A stretch of DNA of 64,000 nt from an uncultured Candidatus Saccharibacteria bacterium (lineage in GTDB: Bacteria; Patescibacteriota; Minisyncoccia; Phycocordibacterales; UBA5272), in the NCBI GenBank assembly GCA_964443675.1, contig CAYUDN010000002.1, positions 2,586-66,585 of the forward strand, read 5' to 3'. Of the stretch, positions 36,712-46,832 are shown piece by piece. The position numbers were made by a program, and so were the translations under genes. The notes under the pieces were generated by a model. It was given only the letters and a program-made list of their open reading frames with translations, was not told the DNA's origin and made no database searches. Every line of letters starts with the position of its first letter. Position 1 is the stretch's first letter.

Positions 36712-39648
36712 ATGCGAAAATTCTCGGTTTTTCTTTGTATCATAACTCTTTCTATCGCTCTTTTTGGTGGGTTTTCTACAATAAAAACATCTGGTGTTGT
36801 TTCAGCTCAAACAAGAGAAAACTTAAATAAATCTACTTATACACACGAAATCGCACAACAACAAGTTCTAAACTTGTTTGATTCTTACCAAAATAATGCA
36901 ATAAACTTTTTAATAGAACAGACAAAAGGATTTACTTCGCAACAAGGAATGGCGGAGGCGAAGGCGCTTGAGGAACTCAAACCAAAACTTACTGCGCTTA
37001 TTTTACAATCTAAAAATATTTATTTAGAAAACTATGATAAATCCTTACCGCCTTGGACAGCACAAATAAACGCAATATCAAAATTACAAGCTTTTTTTGG
37101 TCCCGGTTTTGCAAATTTACGAGTAACATCTAAAGCTGCTGGACTTCTTGCGGTCACTGAAACCTTTAAAGGTAACATAAGGACTGAATTAGAGATAGCG
37201 AAAGCCGTAGAAAGAGGGGAAGGAAGTGGAAACCTAACTTCAAGCACAACTTCTGTAGAGAATGCTGCGAAAACAGTTGCTGCTATTAAAGAAAAATCCG
37301 ATAAAGGAAAATGTACTTTTTGGAACTGGACCATCTCTGATTGTATTTCTGAAGGAGTAACTTGGATTATTAAAGTTGTTTTCCTTCAAATCGCCGGATA
37401 TCTTGTATGGCTCACCGCCAACATGTTCAACTACGCCATGCAATTCGGGGTGCTTGAATTTGCAAAATGGGCACCTAATACTCTTTATCCAATATGGATG
37501 ATAGTAAGGCAAACCATTTCCTTGGTCTTACTTTTTATTGGTATCTATGTGGGGATTTTGTATATCACTGGAGATAACCGTGGTAATTTTGAGCGTTATC
37601 TTCCTTGGTTTGTTATCTTTGCTTTATTTGTTAACTTCTCCTACCCTCTTACAAGAACAGCTATTGATATTTCTAATATCGTAACACTCAAAATGTATGC
37701 AGCAACAATGGGAGAACAAGCGTTATCTGCTAGTATTACCTCCAAAGATACTGCGGGTTTTTTGATCCTACAACGACTCGGTCTTGATAATCTTATTACA
37801 AGCGCAACAGCAGACAGTGCATCAAAAGCGGGAACGAATCTCTATAATTCTATAGACTCTATTCCTGGTGCACTTATTGCGGTAGTGTTTGTGTTCTATA
37901 CCGCATATGTCTTTTTTATGGTAACAGCACTTCTTGTTATGAGAACTGTTGCTCTTGTGTTTATTACCATCGCCTCTCCAATACTTCTTATTGATTCTGT
38001 TATTCCTCTTCTTGGTGATAAAGCAAAAACTGTTCGAGGATTGTTTGTTTCACAACTTTTTGTGGCTCCAGTGTTTGTTATTTTACTTTCGATAACTCTT
38101 AGTTTTATGCAGGTCTTTAGTACACTTAACACTTCATTAACAGGAGCAGCAAAAGGTTCCGGGGAAAGCTCAATAGTTACCTTCTTCAATATCTTGATCA
38201 TGCTCGTAATGCTCACTATTACAGTAAAAGTAACAAAAAGTACCGCCGGCTCTCTTGGGGAACAAGCAACGGAATGGATGGGAAAGGTTGGAGGGTTTGC
38301 AACAGGGGGTGTTGGGGCGCTTGGCCGACAAACACTTGGAAGAGCGGCTGCCAAGTTACGTGACAGCAAGTGGGTAGAAAGGAATCAGAATTCGTTTATT
38401 GGAAGACGAGCGTACGACCTTAGTAACTCCGTTGCGAAGAGTAGCTTTGATCTTCGTAACTCTTCTGTGGTTGCAAAAGGTGCTGGTATGCTTGGTTCAC
38501 AAGGTGGACTCTTTAAGGGTGGAATGGGGCAGGGCGCAAAAACAAACTTTGATGACACTTCCAAAAAACGACAAGAAAAAATCGATGCACGTCTTACAAG
38601 AATCCAAACAAGACATGAGCGCGACGAATATGAAAAGGATGACAAAGGAAAAATTGTCTATGATGCAAACGGCCTTCCAAAAATGAAACACAGAAAGGGG
38701 GATGTTGATCAAGCTGGTGTTGAAGCACGAGACCGTTATGTAGAAAACAAGGGTTCACTTTTTGGTCTTAGTGGTCTCACTGCAAAACAAAAAGAGGAAA
38801 TGGATCAAAAACTCATCGATCAAAAAGAAAAAGAGAGGATGGAAGAATATGGAAAACTAAAAACAAAAGAACAGAAAGCAGCTTACATCGCCAACCTTTC
38901 TCAAGAACTAGAAAAAATAAAAAAAACAAAAGGAGAAGAAAACCTTACTTCTGTTGATGCACGAACTGTCGTAAGTGTACTTCAAAAACTTACCAAACAA
39001 GAAAAAGACAAGCTTGATTCTGGGGCTGCTTACCGTGAAGCGTATAACGAATACAAAAACCTAGAAGACCTTGGGGATGGTGGCAGAAAGATGCGAGAAT
39101 TCTTTGGCAACCAACCAAAAGAAGTGCAAGATTACATTCTTGCAAAAGATCATGGTGAAGCGTTAAAAGATAACGAAAAAATAACAAAACAAAACGAAGA
39201 CAAGGCTTACAGAGAAGCAACTCTACAAAACCAACGAGATGCGGTACAAGCACAAAGAGAATCAACAGAAGTACAAAGAAAGCTCACTGAGGCGCTTAAT
39301 AATAAACAAAACGAGGAAGCAGGAGGAACAACACCTTCTGATAAAGACACAAGAAGGGACAACCCTAACTTCGATACAAGTGGAATGACCTTAGAAACAG
39401 AACGTGCTGCGGAAGCGCGTGTTAGTGGCAAAAAAGAGGAAGAACCTGTTGGAAAACCTGTAAGCTTTGCTTCTACTTCTTCTGGTGGATATGGTGCAAC
39501 GACAGTTACTTTTACCCCACCACAAACTTTTGCTTCACGAATGCAAAAACGAGGAGGCCAGGGGTCGCCTTCGACAGTAACAACTACCACTCCTCCAAAA
39601 AATAATCCTAATACAGAGGCGGAACCGGTAGAGGAGGAAGTTGTGTAG
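36712..39648 (+). CDS. VirB6/TrbL-like polytopic membrane protein with a long charged C-terminal tail
   Basis: Signal peptide, N-terminal extracytoplasmic domain, cluster of about 6-7 TM helices (aa ~240-560), then K/E/Q-rich tail. Architecture and position next to VirB3/VirB4 fit Gram-positive VirB6 analogues. Start taken at ATG 36712. Confidence 0.5.
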   Translation: MRKFSVFLCIITLSIALFGGFSTIKTSGVVSAQTRENLNKSTYTHEIAQQQVLNLFDSYQNNAINFLIEQTKGFTSQQGMAEAKALEELKPKLTALILQSKNIYLENYDKSLPPWTAQINAISKLQAFFGPGFANLRVTSKAAGLLAVTETFKGNIRTELEIAKAVERGEGSGNLTSSTTSVENAAKTVAAIKEKSDKGKCTFWNWTISDCISEGVTWIIKVVFLQIAGYLVWLTANMFNYAMQFGVLEFAKWAPNTLYPIWMIVRQTISLVLLFIGIYVGILYITGDNRGNFERYLPWFVIFALFVNFSYPLTRTAIDISNIVTLKMYAATMGEQALSASITSKDTAGFLILQRLGLDNLITSATADSASKAGTNLYNSIDSIPGALIAVVFVFYTAYVFFMVTALLVMRTVALVFITIASPILLIDSVIPLLGDKAKTVRGLFVSQLFVAPVFVILLSITLSFMQVFSTLNTSLTGAAKGSGESSIVTFFNILIMLVMLTITVKVTKSTAGSLGEQATEWMGKVGGFATGGVGALGRQTLGRAAAKLRDSKWVERNQNSFIGRRAYDLSNSVAKSSFDLRNSSVVAKGAGMLGSQGGLFKGGMGQGAKTNFDDTSKKRQEKIDARLTRIQTRHERDEYEKDDKGKIVYDANGLPKMKHRKGDVDQAGVEARDRYVENKGSLFGLSGLTAKQKEEMDQKLIDQKEKERMEEYGKLKTKEQKAAYIANLSQELEKIKKTKGEENLTSVDARTVVSVLQKLTKQEKDKLDSGAAYREAYNEYKNLEDLGDGGRKMREFFGNQPKEVQDYILAKDHGEALKDNEKITKQNEDKAYREATLQNQRDAVQAQRESTEVQRKLTEALNNKQNEEAGGTTPSDKDTRRDNPNFDTSGMTLETERAAEARVSGKKEEEPVGKPVSFASTSSGGYGATTVTFTPPQTFASRMQKRGGQGSPSTVTTTTPPKNNPNTEAEPVEEEVV

Positions 39649-39690
39649 TGTTTTGTGTACAATTGTGAGCGGTACGTTATACTTACTCTT

Positions 39691-40437
39691 ATGGATACTC
39701 CTTCCTATATTGCTAAAAATACTGAGGAACTTTTTGACAAAGCTCCTAGTTATATACAAAACCTTATCCTTAACGGAGAAGTTGACGCTGTTGTGCTTAC
39801 TCTTGCAAACAACTACAAGCTAACTGTTACAGAACAAGCAAAACTTTCAGATATTATTAGTTTTATTTTGATTGGAGCAATAGAGCCTGGTAACGTTGTA
39901 GAAGCACTACAAGATATGGTTGAAACAACTCCAGAAACAGCACTTCATATCGCAGAAGACCTAGAACATTCTATCTTAGAAAAAGCACGTCTTTCTCTTT
40001 TTAAACCACAAGGTGATGTAAAAGTACTTGAGTATCAAGGAGAAAAAACAAAAGATGAACTACGAAAAGAAATTCTTGATACTACTAAACGTGACTCTGG
40101 CCTTAAGAATAACCAAGCAACGCCTAACCCAAGCGCAAAAAAAACAACAGTCATTGCTCCAGGGTCACGCTCCCAACTTCTCGAACAACTTCAAGTGCTT
40201 AGCTCTATCCCTAACGATGAAGAAATCGCTGCACGTCTTTCCCATATTCAAGAACAAATAGAAACCATAAAAAAACAAGAGGAGGATAATAGTCTTAATT
40301 CACAAATAGCCCTCAAAAGCTTTATGTTTGGAGAAAAAGGTAAAGAAATTGCAGACCCAACAATCAAAAGAGCTACCTACAGTGTTGCACCAACACATTA
40401 TAATGTTGATCCTTACAGAGAAATAGCAGAAGAGTAA
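39691..40437 (+). CDS. Hypothetical cytoplasmic protein in the T4SS-like cluster
   Basis: ORF with Met at 39691 (track start 39655 overlaps the VirB6-like stop). Confidence 0.4.
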   Translation: MDTPSYIAKNTEELFDKAPSYIQNLILNGEVDAVVLTLANNYKLTVTEQAKLSDIISFILIGAIEPGNVVEALQDMVETTPETALHIAEDLEHSILEKARLSLFKPQGDVKVLEYQGEKTKDELRKEILDTTKRDSGLKNNQATPNPSAKKTTVIAPGSRSQLLEQLQVLSSIPNDEEIAARLSHIQEQIETIKKQEEDNSLNSQIALKSFMFGEKGKEIADPTIKRATYSVAPTHYNVDPYREIAEE

Positions 40438-40454
40438 GGGTTAAAAACAGGTAC

Positions 40455-40575
40455 GCTTCGCTATTAGACAACAGATGAAAGACTCGCTTCTCTAAAGAGC
40501 ACAGATAAAGGATGACCGCTTCGCGGCCACCCTATGTATTTGTCTGTAGTCTGTATTCTATTAGCGAAGTAAGTC
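40455..40575. repeat. Intergenic palindromic element copy 2 (degenerate: GGATGACCGCTTCGCGGCCACCC)
   Basis: ACGCTTCGCTATTAGACAACAGA ... GGATGACCGCTTCGCGGCCACCC ... TATTCTATTAGCGAAG. Two mismatches in the 5' half of the stem relative to copies 1 and 3. Confidence 0.6.
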
Positions 40576-40632
40576 TATCACCTATGTTCTGGTATCTATT
40601 TATCTGTTATCTGTCCATGATATACTTACTTT

Positions 40633-41058
40633 ATGCAATTTCGAGTACCACAATTCATTGATATTGAAGATAAAGTAATCGGACCTTTAACTCTAAAGCA
40701 GTTTGGGTACACTTTAGGTGCAGGAGGTTTCTCATTCCTTATTTGGACCTTTATCCCTATTCATTTTTTGGCGGTTATTTTTATTATTCCAGTAGCAGGA
40801 CTCTTTCTTGCTCTTGCTTTTGTGCAATTTAATAACAGGCCTTTTGGTGCTCTTCTTGAAAGCGCTTTCTCTTATTTTACTAGTGCAAAAATATACACAT
40901 GGAAACAACCTGAACCAGAAAAAATGGAAACTTCTGTTGATCACGTGATCGCATCCACACAAAAAGAAATGATTATAGAAAAAACAAATAGGGATAGAAT
41001 ACATGACATTTCTCTTGGTCTTGATGTGTTCGAAAAAAGTAATGCAAAAGAAGAGTAG
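40633..41058 (+). CDS. VirB3/PrgI-like small membrane protein
   Basis: 141 aa. N-terminal FIDIEDKVIGPLTLKQFGY followed by two TM helices. Position immediately upstream of VirB4. Confidence 0.45.
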   Translation: MQFRVPQFIDIEDKVIGPLTLKQFGYTLGAGGFSFLIWTFIPIHFLAVIFIIPVAGLFLALAFVQFNNRPFGALLESAFSYFTSAKIYTWKQPEPEKMETSVDHVIASTQKEMIIEKTNRDRIHDISLGLDVFEKSNAKEE

Positions 41059-41084
41059 GGGGTAGAAAATAGATACACTTCATT

Positions 41085-41165
41085 ACAGACAACAGAATAC
41101 AGACAAATACACAGGGTGGCCGCTTCGCGGCCACCCTGTGTATTCTGTAAGCGAAGCGGTCTTTT
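41085..41165. repeat. Intergenic palindromic element copy 3 (CACAGGGTGGCCGCTTCGCGGCCACCCTGTG)
   Basis: Perfect 13-bp stem at 41110-41140, followed by GTATTCTGTAAGCGAAGCG as in copy 1. Confidence 0.65.
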
Positions 41166-41216
41166 ATCTGTGTTCTATATATCTACCATCTTATTCTTCT
41201 TCTTTCCTCTTTTCTC

Positions 41217-41858
41217 TTGTATACTACAACAAGTATGGCACAAGGAGCATCAAGTCAACAATTCGTACCAATAGAACGTGTTCGTGATGGGGTAGTCGTC
41301 TTAAAAACCGGAGAACTTCGTTCGGTTCTTATTACCAACTCTCTTAACCTTGGACTAAAAAGTGAAGACGAGCAACAGGCGGTACTTGTTCAGTTCCAAA
41401 ACTTTCTCAACTCTCTTGATTTTCCTGTTCAATTTTTTATTGAATCAAGAAAACTTAACATAAAACCTTATATAGAAATGCTTCAAGAAAGAAGTAAGGA
41501 GGTAAAAGAGGATCTTCTTAAAATTCAAATACATGAGTACATGGGATTTATTACCAAGTTTACCGAGGAAAGCAATATTATGACAAAACACTTTTTTATT
41601 GTTGTTCCTTACTTCAACCCTTCTGCACAAGACATTTCTCCTACTTCTGTGTTTTCTGGAACACTCAAAAACAATATGGGTAAAAGTGACGTTTTTGAAA
41701 CAGCAAGAACACAACTAGAGCAAAGAACTCTCACGGTAATACAAGGACTTTCTCGTTTTGGTATACGAGCACAACGTCTTGGTACAGAGGAAGTTATAGA
41801 GCTTTTTTATAAACTTTTTAATCCAAGCGAAGGTACACATAATGCACCTAAAGTATAA
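41217..41858 (+). CDS. VirB4/TrbE N-terminal domain, separated from the ATPase part by a single in-frame TAA
   Basis: VVLKTGELRSVLITNSLNLGLKSEDEQQAVLVQFQNFLNSLDFPVQFFIE resembles the CagE/TrbE/VirB4 N-terminal domain. Same reading frame as 41862-43688, with TAA at 41856-41858. Confidence 0.7.
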   Translation: MYTTTSMAQGASSQQFVPIERVRDGVVVLKTGELRSVLITNSLNLGLKSEDEQQAVLVQFQNFLNSLDFPVQFFIESRKLNIKPYIEMLQERSKEVKEDLLKIQIHEYMGFITKFTEESNIMTKHFFIVVPYFNPSAQDISPTSVFSGTLKNNMGKSDVFETARTQLEQRTLTVIQGLSRFGIRAQRLGTEEVIELFYKLFNPSEGTHNAPKV

Positions 41859-41861
41859 TAT

Positions 41862-43688
41862 ATGGGACTCTTTGATTTTTTATCACCAAAAACAACAACA
41901 CCATCAGCTTCTCCTGTAACTCCCGTTCTTCCTGAGCAGGTGTACAAAATCGCAGAAATGCAATTAAAGGATATTATTGCACCAAGCGCTCTTGAAATAC
42001 AATCAAAATCTCTTAACCTTGGCACTACTATTGTTCGTTCTTTTTTTGTTATCTCGTATCCTCGTTTTCTTACCGATAGCTGGCTAAGTCCTATAATTAA
42101 CTTGGATAAAGTTTTTGATATAGCTATTCATGTTACCCCACTTAACACAGGGGAGGTTATGAAAACTTTTCAACGTAAAGTTGCAGAAGTAGAAAGCCAG
42201 ATCATGTCTAGAGACGAAAAAGGTCTTGTTCGTGACCCTTCTTTAGATGTTGCGTATCAAGACCTTGAAGATCTTCGTGACGGACTTATTCAAGCGCAAG
42301 AAAAAATGTTTGAAGTTTCTTTATACATAACTCTCTATGGAACAACTAACGAAGAGCTTGATAAAGCTGAAAATGAAATAAAAAATATTCTCGAAAGTAG
42401 ACTTGTATATGTAAAACCAGCCCTTTTCCAACAAGACACAACATTTCTCTCCACACTTCCTCTTGGTGTAGATACTGTTCAAATAAAAAACAAACTTAAC
42501 ACTTCACCACTTTCTTCTTTCTTTCCGTTTGTTTCTTTTGATCTTTCATCTGATAGGGGTATTTTGTACGGACTAAACCGCCACAACGGAAGTCTTATTC
42601 TTTTTGATCGATTCTCTCTTGAAAACTATAACTCTATAGTGTTCGCAAAGTCGGGTTCTGGAAAAAGCTACTTCACTAAACTAGAAATCTTACGTACACT
42701 CATGTTCGACACAGAGGTAATCATCATCGACCCTGAACGTGAGTACGAGTTCCTTGCAGAATCTGTTGGTGGTCGATATTTTGACATCTCTTTGGTCGGT
42801 GAACACCACATTAACCCATTTGATCTTCCTCACCCAACAGAAGATGAATCACCTTCTGAGGTGCTTCGTTCAAATATTGTAAACCTTGTAGGACTCTTCC
42901 GTGTCATGCTTGGAGGTCTTACCCCTGAAGAAGATGCAATTATTGATCAAGCTATTACCGAAACGTACGCACTCAAAGATATTAATGGGGATACAGACTT
43001 CACACAACTCGAACCACCCCTTCTTTCTGATTTTGAAATGGTGCTTACTGGTATAGACGGCTCAGAAAGTCTTGTTCAAAGACTAAGCAAATACACCAAA
43101 GGTACTTGGTCTGGATTTCTTAACCAGCCATCTAATGTTGATATCAATAAAAAACTTGTTTGTTTTTCTATTCGAGACATGGAAGATGAACTTAAGCCTG
43201 TTGCAATGTATCTTATTACTCACTTTATTTGGAACGCAGTACGTAAAACATTACGTAAACGTCTTCTTGTGGTAGATGAAGCGTGGATCATGATGAAAAA
43301 TGACGACACAGCATCATTCCTTTTTGGTCTCGCAAAACGTGGTCGTAAATATTATCTTGGACTTGCAACTATTACTCAAGACGTAGGAGACTTTCTTAAA
43401 TCTCCATACGGACTTCCAATTATTACCAACTCTTCTATTCAAATCCTTCTTAAACAATCTCCTTCTTCTATTGATATTGTTCAAAAAACCTTCAACTTAA
43501 CCGATGAAGAAAAGTTCCTCCTTCTAGAATCTGGAGTAGGGGAAGGAATTTTCTTTGCAGGTCTTAAACACGTAGCCATCAAAGTGGTTGCTTCTTATAC
43601 CGAAGACCAGATTATTACAAGTGATCCTTCACAACTCCTTAAGATTCAACAAATGAAAGACGAAGTTGCTCAGTCAAAATCAGTATGA
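41862..43688 (+). CDS. VirB4/TrbE-family type IV secretion ATPase (C-terminal ATPase portion)
   Basis: Walker A FAKSGSGKSYFTK, Walker B LLVVDEAWIMM, and C-terminal motifs typical of VirB4. Confidence 0.85.
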   Translation: MGLFDFLSPKTTTPSASPVTPVLPEQVYKIAEMQLKDIIAPSALEIQSKSLNLGTTIVRSFFVISYPRFLTDSWLSPIINLDKVFDIAIHVTPLNTGEVMKTFQRKVAEVESQIMSRDEKGLVRDPSLDVAYQDLEDLRDGLIQAQEKMFEVSLYITLYGTTNEELDKAENEIKNILESRLVYVKPALFQQDTTFLSTLPLGVDTVQIKNKLNTSPLSSFFPFVSFDLSSDRGILYGLNRHNGSLILFDRFSLENYNSIVFAKSGSGKSYFTKLEILRTLMFDTEVIIIDPEREYEFLAESVGGRYFDISLVGEHHINPFDLPHPTEDESPSEVLRSNIVNLVGLFRVMLGGLTPEEDAIIDQAITETYALKDINGDTDFTQLEPPLLSDFEMVLTGIDGSESLVQRLSKYTKGTWSGFLNQPSNVDINKKLVCFSIRDMEDELKPVAMYLITHFIWNAVRKTLRKRLLVVDEAWIMMKNDDTASFLFGLAKRGRKYYLGLATITQDVGDFLKSPYGLPIITNSSIQILLKQSPSSIDIVQKTFNLTDEEKFLLLESGVGEGIFFAGLKHVAIKVVASYTEDQIITSDPSQLLKIQQMKDEVAQSKSV

Positions 43689-44656
43689 AAATAAAAAAAA
43701 AATTACTTTTTGTTTTTTTAACCACCTCAACTTCTTTTCTTTTTGTTTTTGCTCAAATATCATCAACAATATCATTATCACCAGAAAACCCAGAACCAAA
43801 TAGTACTGTAGAACTCACTCTTGAAAGTTACTCCTTTGACACAGGAACAGCTATGATTACTTGGAAAGTAAACAATAAGATTGTTGCGCAAGGGCAGGGT
43901 GTTGATTCTTACTCACTACCAACAGGTTCTGTTGGTCAATCTACAAAAGTTACCGTGAGCGCAATAACAGGGGACGGTAGTGCAATAGAACAAGAAGTAG
44001 TAGTTACTCCGTCTTCTGTTTCTCTTTTATACGAAGCACCAAAAAGTTATACACCTCTTTTATATAAAGGAAGATCTCTTCCTGGTGACGGAGCTCTTTT
44101 TACTGTTACCGCCTTTCCTCAAATAAGTGAAAATAATACTATTGTTCCACCTTCTTCTTTAGCATACACCTGGTATCTAAATGACTCCATAATGCAAAGT
44201 TACTCTGGGGTAGGTAAACAGTCTGCAGAACTTCGTATTGATTACTTAAGATCAAAAAATACTGTACGTGTTATTGTTCGTAGTCAAAAAGGAAATATTG
44301 CTTCAAAAACAATTACTGTACAACCACATGAACCAATGCCTCTTCTTTATCTTTATGATCCGATTTTTGGTTCCATGTTTACACAACTTGTAGGAAAACG
44401 TTTCGAAACAATAAAAGATTTTACTCTATCTCTTGAACCTTTTTATGTAACACAGGAAGATGAGGGTGACTCATCGGAATATACATGGTTTTTGGATGGA
44501 CTACTTTCTACACCAAGTGATGGGAGGGTTCTTGGGTTCCACCCAAAAGAAAATAGTTACGGAATAAAAAATTTAACTATTAAAGTGTATGGTGCTGATA
44601 GAAGACTTCAACAAACAGAATTAGAAACTGAGATTCTTTTTGATACAAGAAAATAA
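43685..44656 (+). CDS. Secreted beta-rich protein, hypothetical T4SS-associated
   Basis: Signal peptide MKIKKKLLFVFLTTSTSFLFVFAQ. Start overlaps the VirB4 stop (ATGA). Confidence 0.5.
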   Translation: MKIKKKLLFVFLTTSTSFLFVFAQISSTISLSPENPEPNSTVELTLESYSFDTGTAMITWKVNNKIVAQGQGVDSYSLPTGSVGQSTKVTVSAITGDGSAIEQEVVVTPSSVSLLYEAPKSYTPLLYKGRSLPGDGALFTVTAFPQISENNTIVPPSSLAYTWYLNDSIMQSYSGVGKQSAELRIDYLRSKNTVRVIVRSQKGNIASKTITVQPHEPMPLLYLYDPIFGSMFTQLVGKRFETIKDFTLSLEPFYVTQEDEGDSSEYTWFLDGLLSTPSDGRVLGFHPKENSYGIKNLTIKVYGADRRLQQTELETEILFDTRK

Positions 44657-44670
44657 CACTTTATATCTTT

Positions 44671-45495
44671 ATGATAAACGTTTCTTATACAGCCCTCGAA
44701 CAATCTTCACTCACCACACTAGGAATACAGTCAGTTTCTTTTAATAGTGGTAATACTTCTTTCTTTTCTGTTATTAGTTTTTTAATGATGCTTTCTTTTA
44801 TTGCGGTTGTTGGTGTTGCTTCTATCATGATAGTAAAAGGGGGAATGTTGCGTATGAAGGCTTCGGAAGAGTCAATACGTTCTTCTAACGAAGTGTTTAG
44901 ACGTGTGGTATTTGGTGTTCTTGGTGTTTTTAGTTTGTTTATTATTATTACCACTATTAATAGTGGGTTAATTACTGGAGATATTGACTTGGGTAAGTTA
45001 AGGGTGGGGTCGTCAGTCGGAACACCATCTACTGCGACTAAAGAAGCTGCTCAACCTCCAGCAAAAGCCGCAAATGCACCGAGCACAGGTTCAGCAAGTT
45101 GGACAAAAGCAATTCAGCAAGACCCAGAAATAAGAGCGCAGCTAAAAAATAACTCCATCTCTGTTAACAAACCAGCATGCACGAGTGAAGGAGCTTCTAG
45201 TTGTACAACTGTTGGAGGGTTACATAAAGACACAATAGATATGCTTATTTCTTTAAGGAAATCTTGTAGCGGAGAAATAGAAATAACAGGGGGAACAGAA
45301 AATGGACACAGGTCTCACGGTATTGATAAAACACCTGTTGATCTTAGTATAAAGGATGGAACACTGAATGCTTGTATTGAAAAGTTTTCAACCGGTCCAA
45401 ATGTTGGAACTTGGTGTAAAAGAACCTTTACCTCTTTTGGATATATTTTTTGTGACGAGAATAGTGCAACACCGCACTGGCATGTGTATAAGTAA
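44671..45495 (+). CDS. Membrane-anchored (two-TM N-terminal module) protein with a C-terminal putative peptidoglycan peptidase-like domain
   Basis: The N-terminal 110 aa are identical to the N-terminus of the 46833 gene. The C-terminus has GG...SH...D and HWH, reminiscent of VanY/M15-type zinc peptidases (weak). Confidence 0.5.
   Translation: MINVSYTALEQSSLTTLGIQSVSFNSGNTSFFSVISFLMMLSFIAVVGVASIMIVKGGMLRMKASEESIRSSNEVFRRVVFGVLGVFSLFIIITTINSGLITGDIDLGKLRVGSSVGTPSTATKEAAQPPAKAANAPSTGSASWTKAIQQDPEIRAQLKNNSISVNKPACTSEGASSCTTVGGLHKDTIDMLISLRKSCSGEIEITGGTENGHRSHGIDKTPVDLSIKDGTLNACIEKFSTGPNVGTWCKRTFTSFGYIFCDENSATPHWHVYK
44691..45011. repeat. 321-bp direct repeat copy A (identical, one mismatch, to 46847-47167)
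   Basis: Nucleotide-level identity covering the shared N-terminal module of two genes. Confidence 0.85.
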
Positions 45496-45535
45496 CAACA
45501 TTACAGCTATATAATAACCTGCTATACTTACTAGT

Positions 45536-46831
45536 ATGGAAAGTTCTAGTAATAAAAGGATTCTTATTTTGGTTGGTTTTACTCTTTTTTTTGTTATCAT
45601 TGTTCTCGTTTGGTATTTTTTCTATGCAAAACCAGTAATAGACCCAACAAACAACACCACAAGAGATGTAAAGAAAGTTAAAGATCTACCTCCTGGTTTT
45701 CAGTTTATAGAAAAAATCTGGAAAGGTGATCAAACCACAACAACAAAAACAGAAATCATAGATCCTCTCAGTAAACCACTTATTCATGTATGGGATCGTG
45801 GAGCAACAGGAATGTACTTCACCTCCATTCCAATACTTCAAGAAATTAACGCCACAACAACAGAAGGTACAACAACAATTACTGTAAAGAAAACAATTCA
45901 CGCAACATCAAGCGTTCTTATGTTTGTGGACACATTAACAGGGTATGTGTATGGATATGTATTAGATACAGGGAAAATATTCCAAATTACCAACACTTCT
46001 CTTCCTGGAATATCTGATGCGTACATTTGGAACAGTGGTAGAAAAATAATTCTACGTTATATAGATCAAGAAAAAAATAATATTGTCGGAGTTATTGCAA
46101 CTATTGGGACTATTAATCAAAACACAGAACCTTTACCTTTACAAAATATCAAATACCTTAACTCAGAAGTTACTTCTGTTGCGGTTAATAAAACAAAAAC
46201 AGAAGCATCATATATGGTAAGCACAGAAAAAGGAAGTTCTGTGTATACCACAGACGGCGACACTTCTCGTTTTGTTGTTTCTTCTCCTTTTAAAGAATGG
46301 GATCTTTCTTATGGTGGTAATACACTTTACGTAACACCAAAACCTTCTGCGTATGTAGAAGGAAGTACTTTTTCTCTTCCGTATTTTACCTCTGAAATAA
46401 ACAATAAAACAGGTCTTCTGTCTAACCCTGGTGTTTTTGGTGTACTGCTTAGTAGTATGTGGACAGATGACGGGTTACGTACTTTCTTTTCTTCTCATGG
46501 GAATATTTCTGTGCTTCCAATAAAAACACTTGCTACTAAATGTGTTTGGGGTCGCACCTCGTTTGTTGTATGCGCAGTACCAAGAGAACTTCCTGGATAC
46601 ACAGAAGGTCTTCCTGATGATTGGTATCAAGGAAGATACTCTTTTTCTGATGATCTTTTTATTGTTAACCAAAACAATAATGAAAAGTACATGTTATATT
46701 CTTTCTCACAAGAGGATGGAGATTTTGATATTTCTTCTATAGAAACAAATATCGATAACACATTGTATAGTTTTATTAATCAAACAGATCAAAATCTCTG
46801 GCTTCTTAACTCTAACTTACTTGGTGACTAA
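45536..46831 (+). CDS. N-terminally anchored extracytoplasmic protein, hypothetical
   Basis: TM anchor ILILVGFTLFFVIIVLVWYFF; T/N-rich extracellular domain. Confidence 0.45.
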   Translation: MESSSNKRILILVGFTLFFVIIVLVWYFFYAKPVIDPTNNTTRDVKKVKDLPPGFQFIEKIWKGDQTTTTKTEIIDPLSKPLIHVWDRGATGMYFTSIPILQEINATTTEGTTTITVKKTIHATSSVLMFVDTLTGYVYGYVLDTGKIFQITNTSLPGISDAYIWNSGRKIILRYIDQEKNNIVGVIATIGTINQNTEPLPLQNIKYLNSEVTSVAVNKTKTEASYMVSTEKGSSVYTTDGDTSRFVVSSPFKEWDLSYGGNTLYVTPKPSAYVEGSTFSLPYFTSEINNKTGLLSNPGVFGVLLSSMWTDDGLRTFFSSHGNISVLPIKTLATKCVWGRTSFVVCAVPRELPGYTEGLPDDWYQGRYSFSDDLFIVNQNNNEKYMLYSFSQEDGDFDISSIETNIDNTLYSFINQTDQNLWLLNSNLLGD

Positions 46832-46832
46832 A

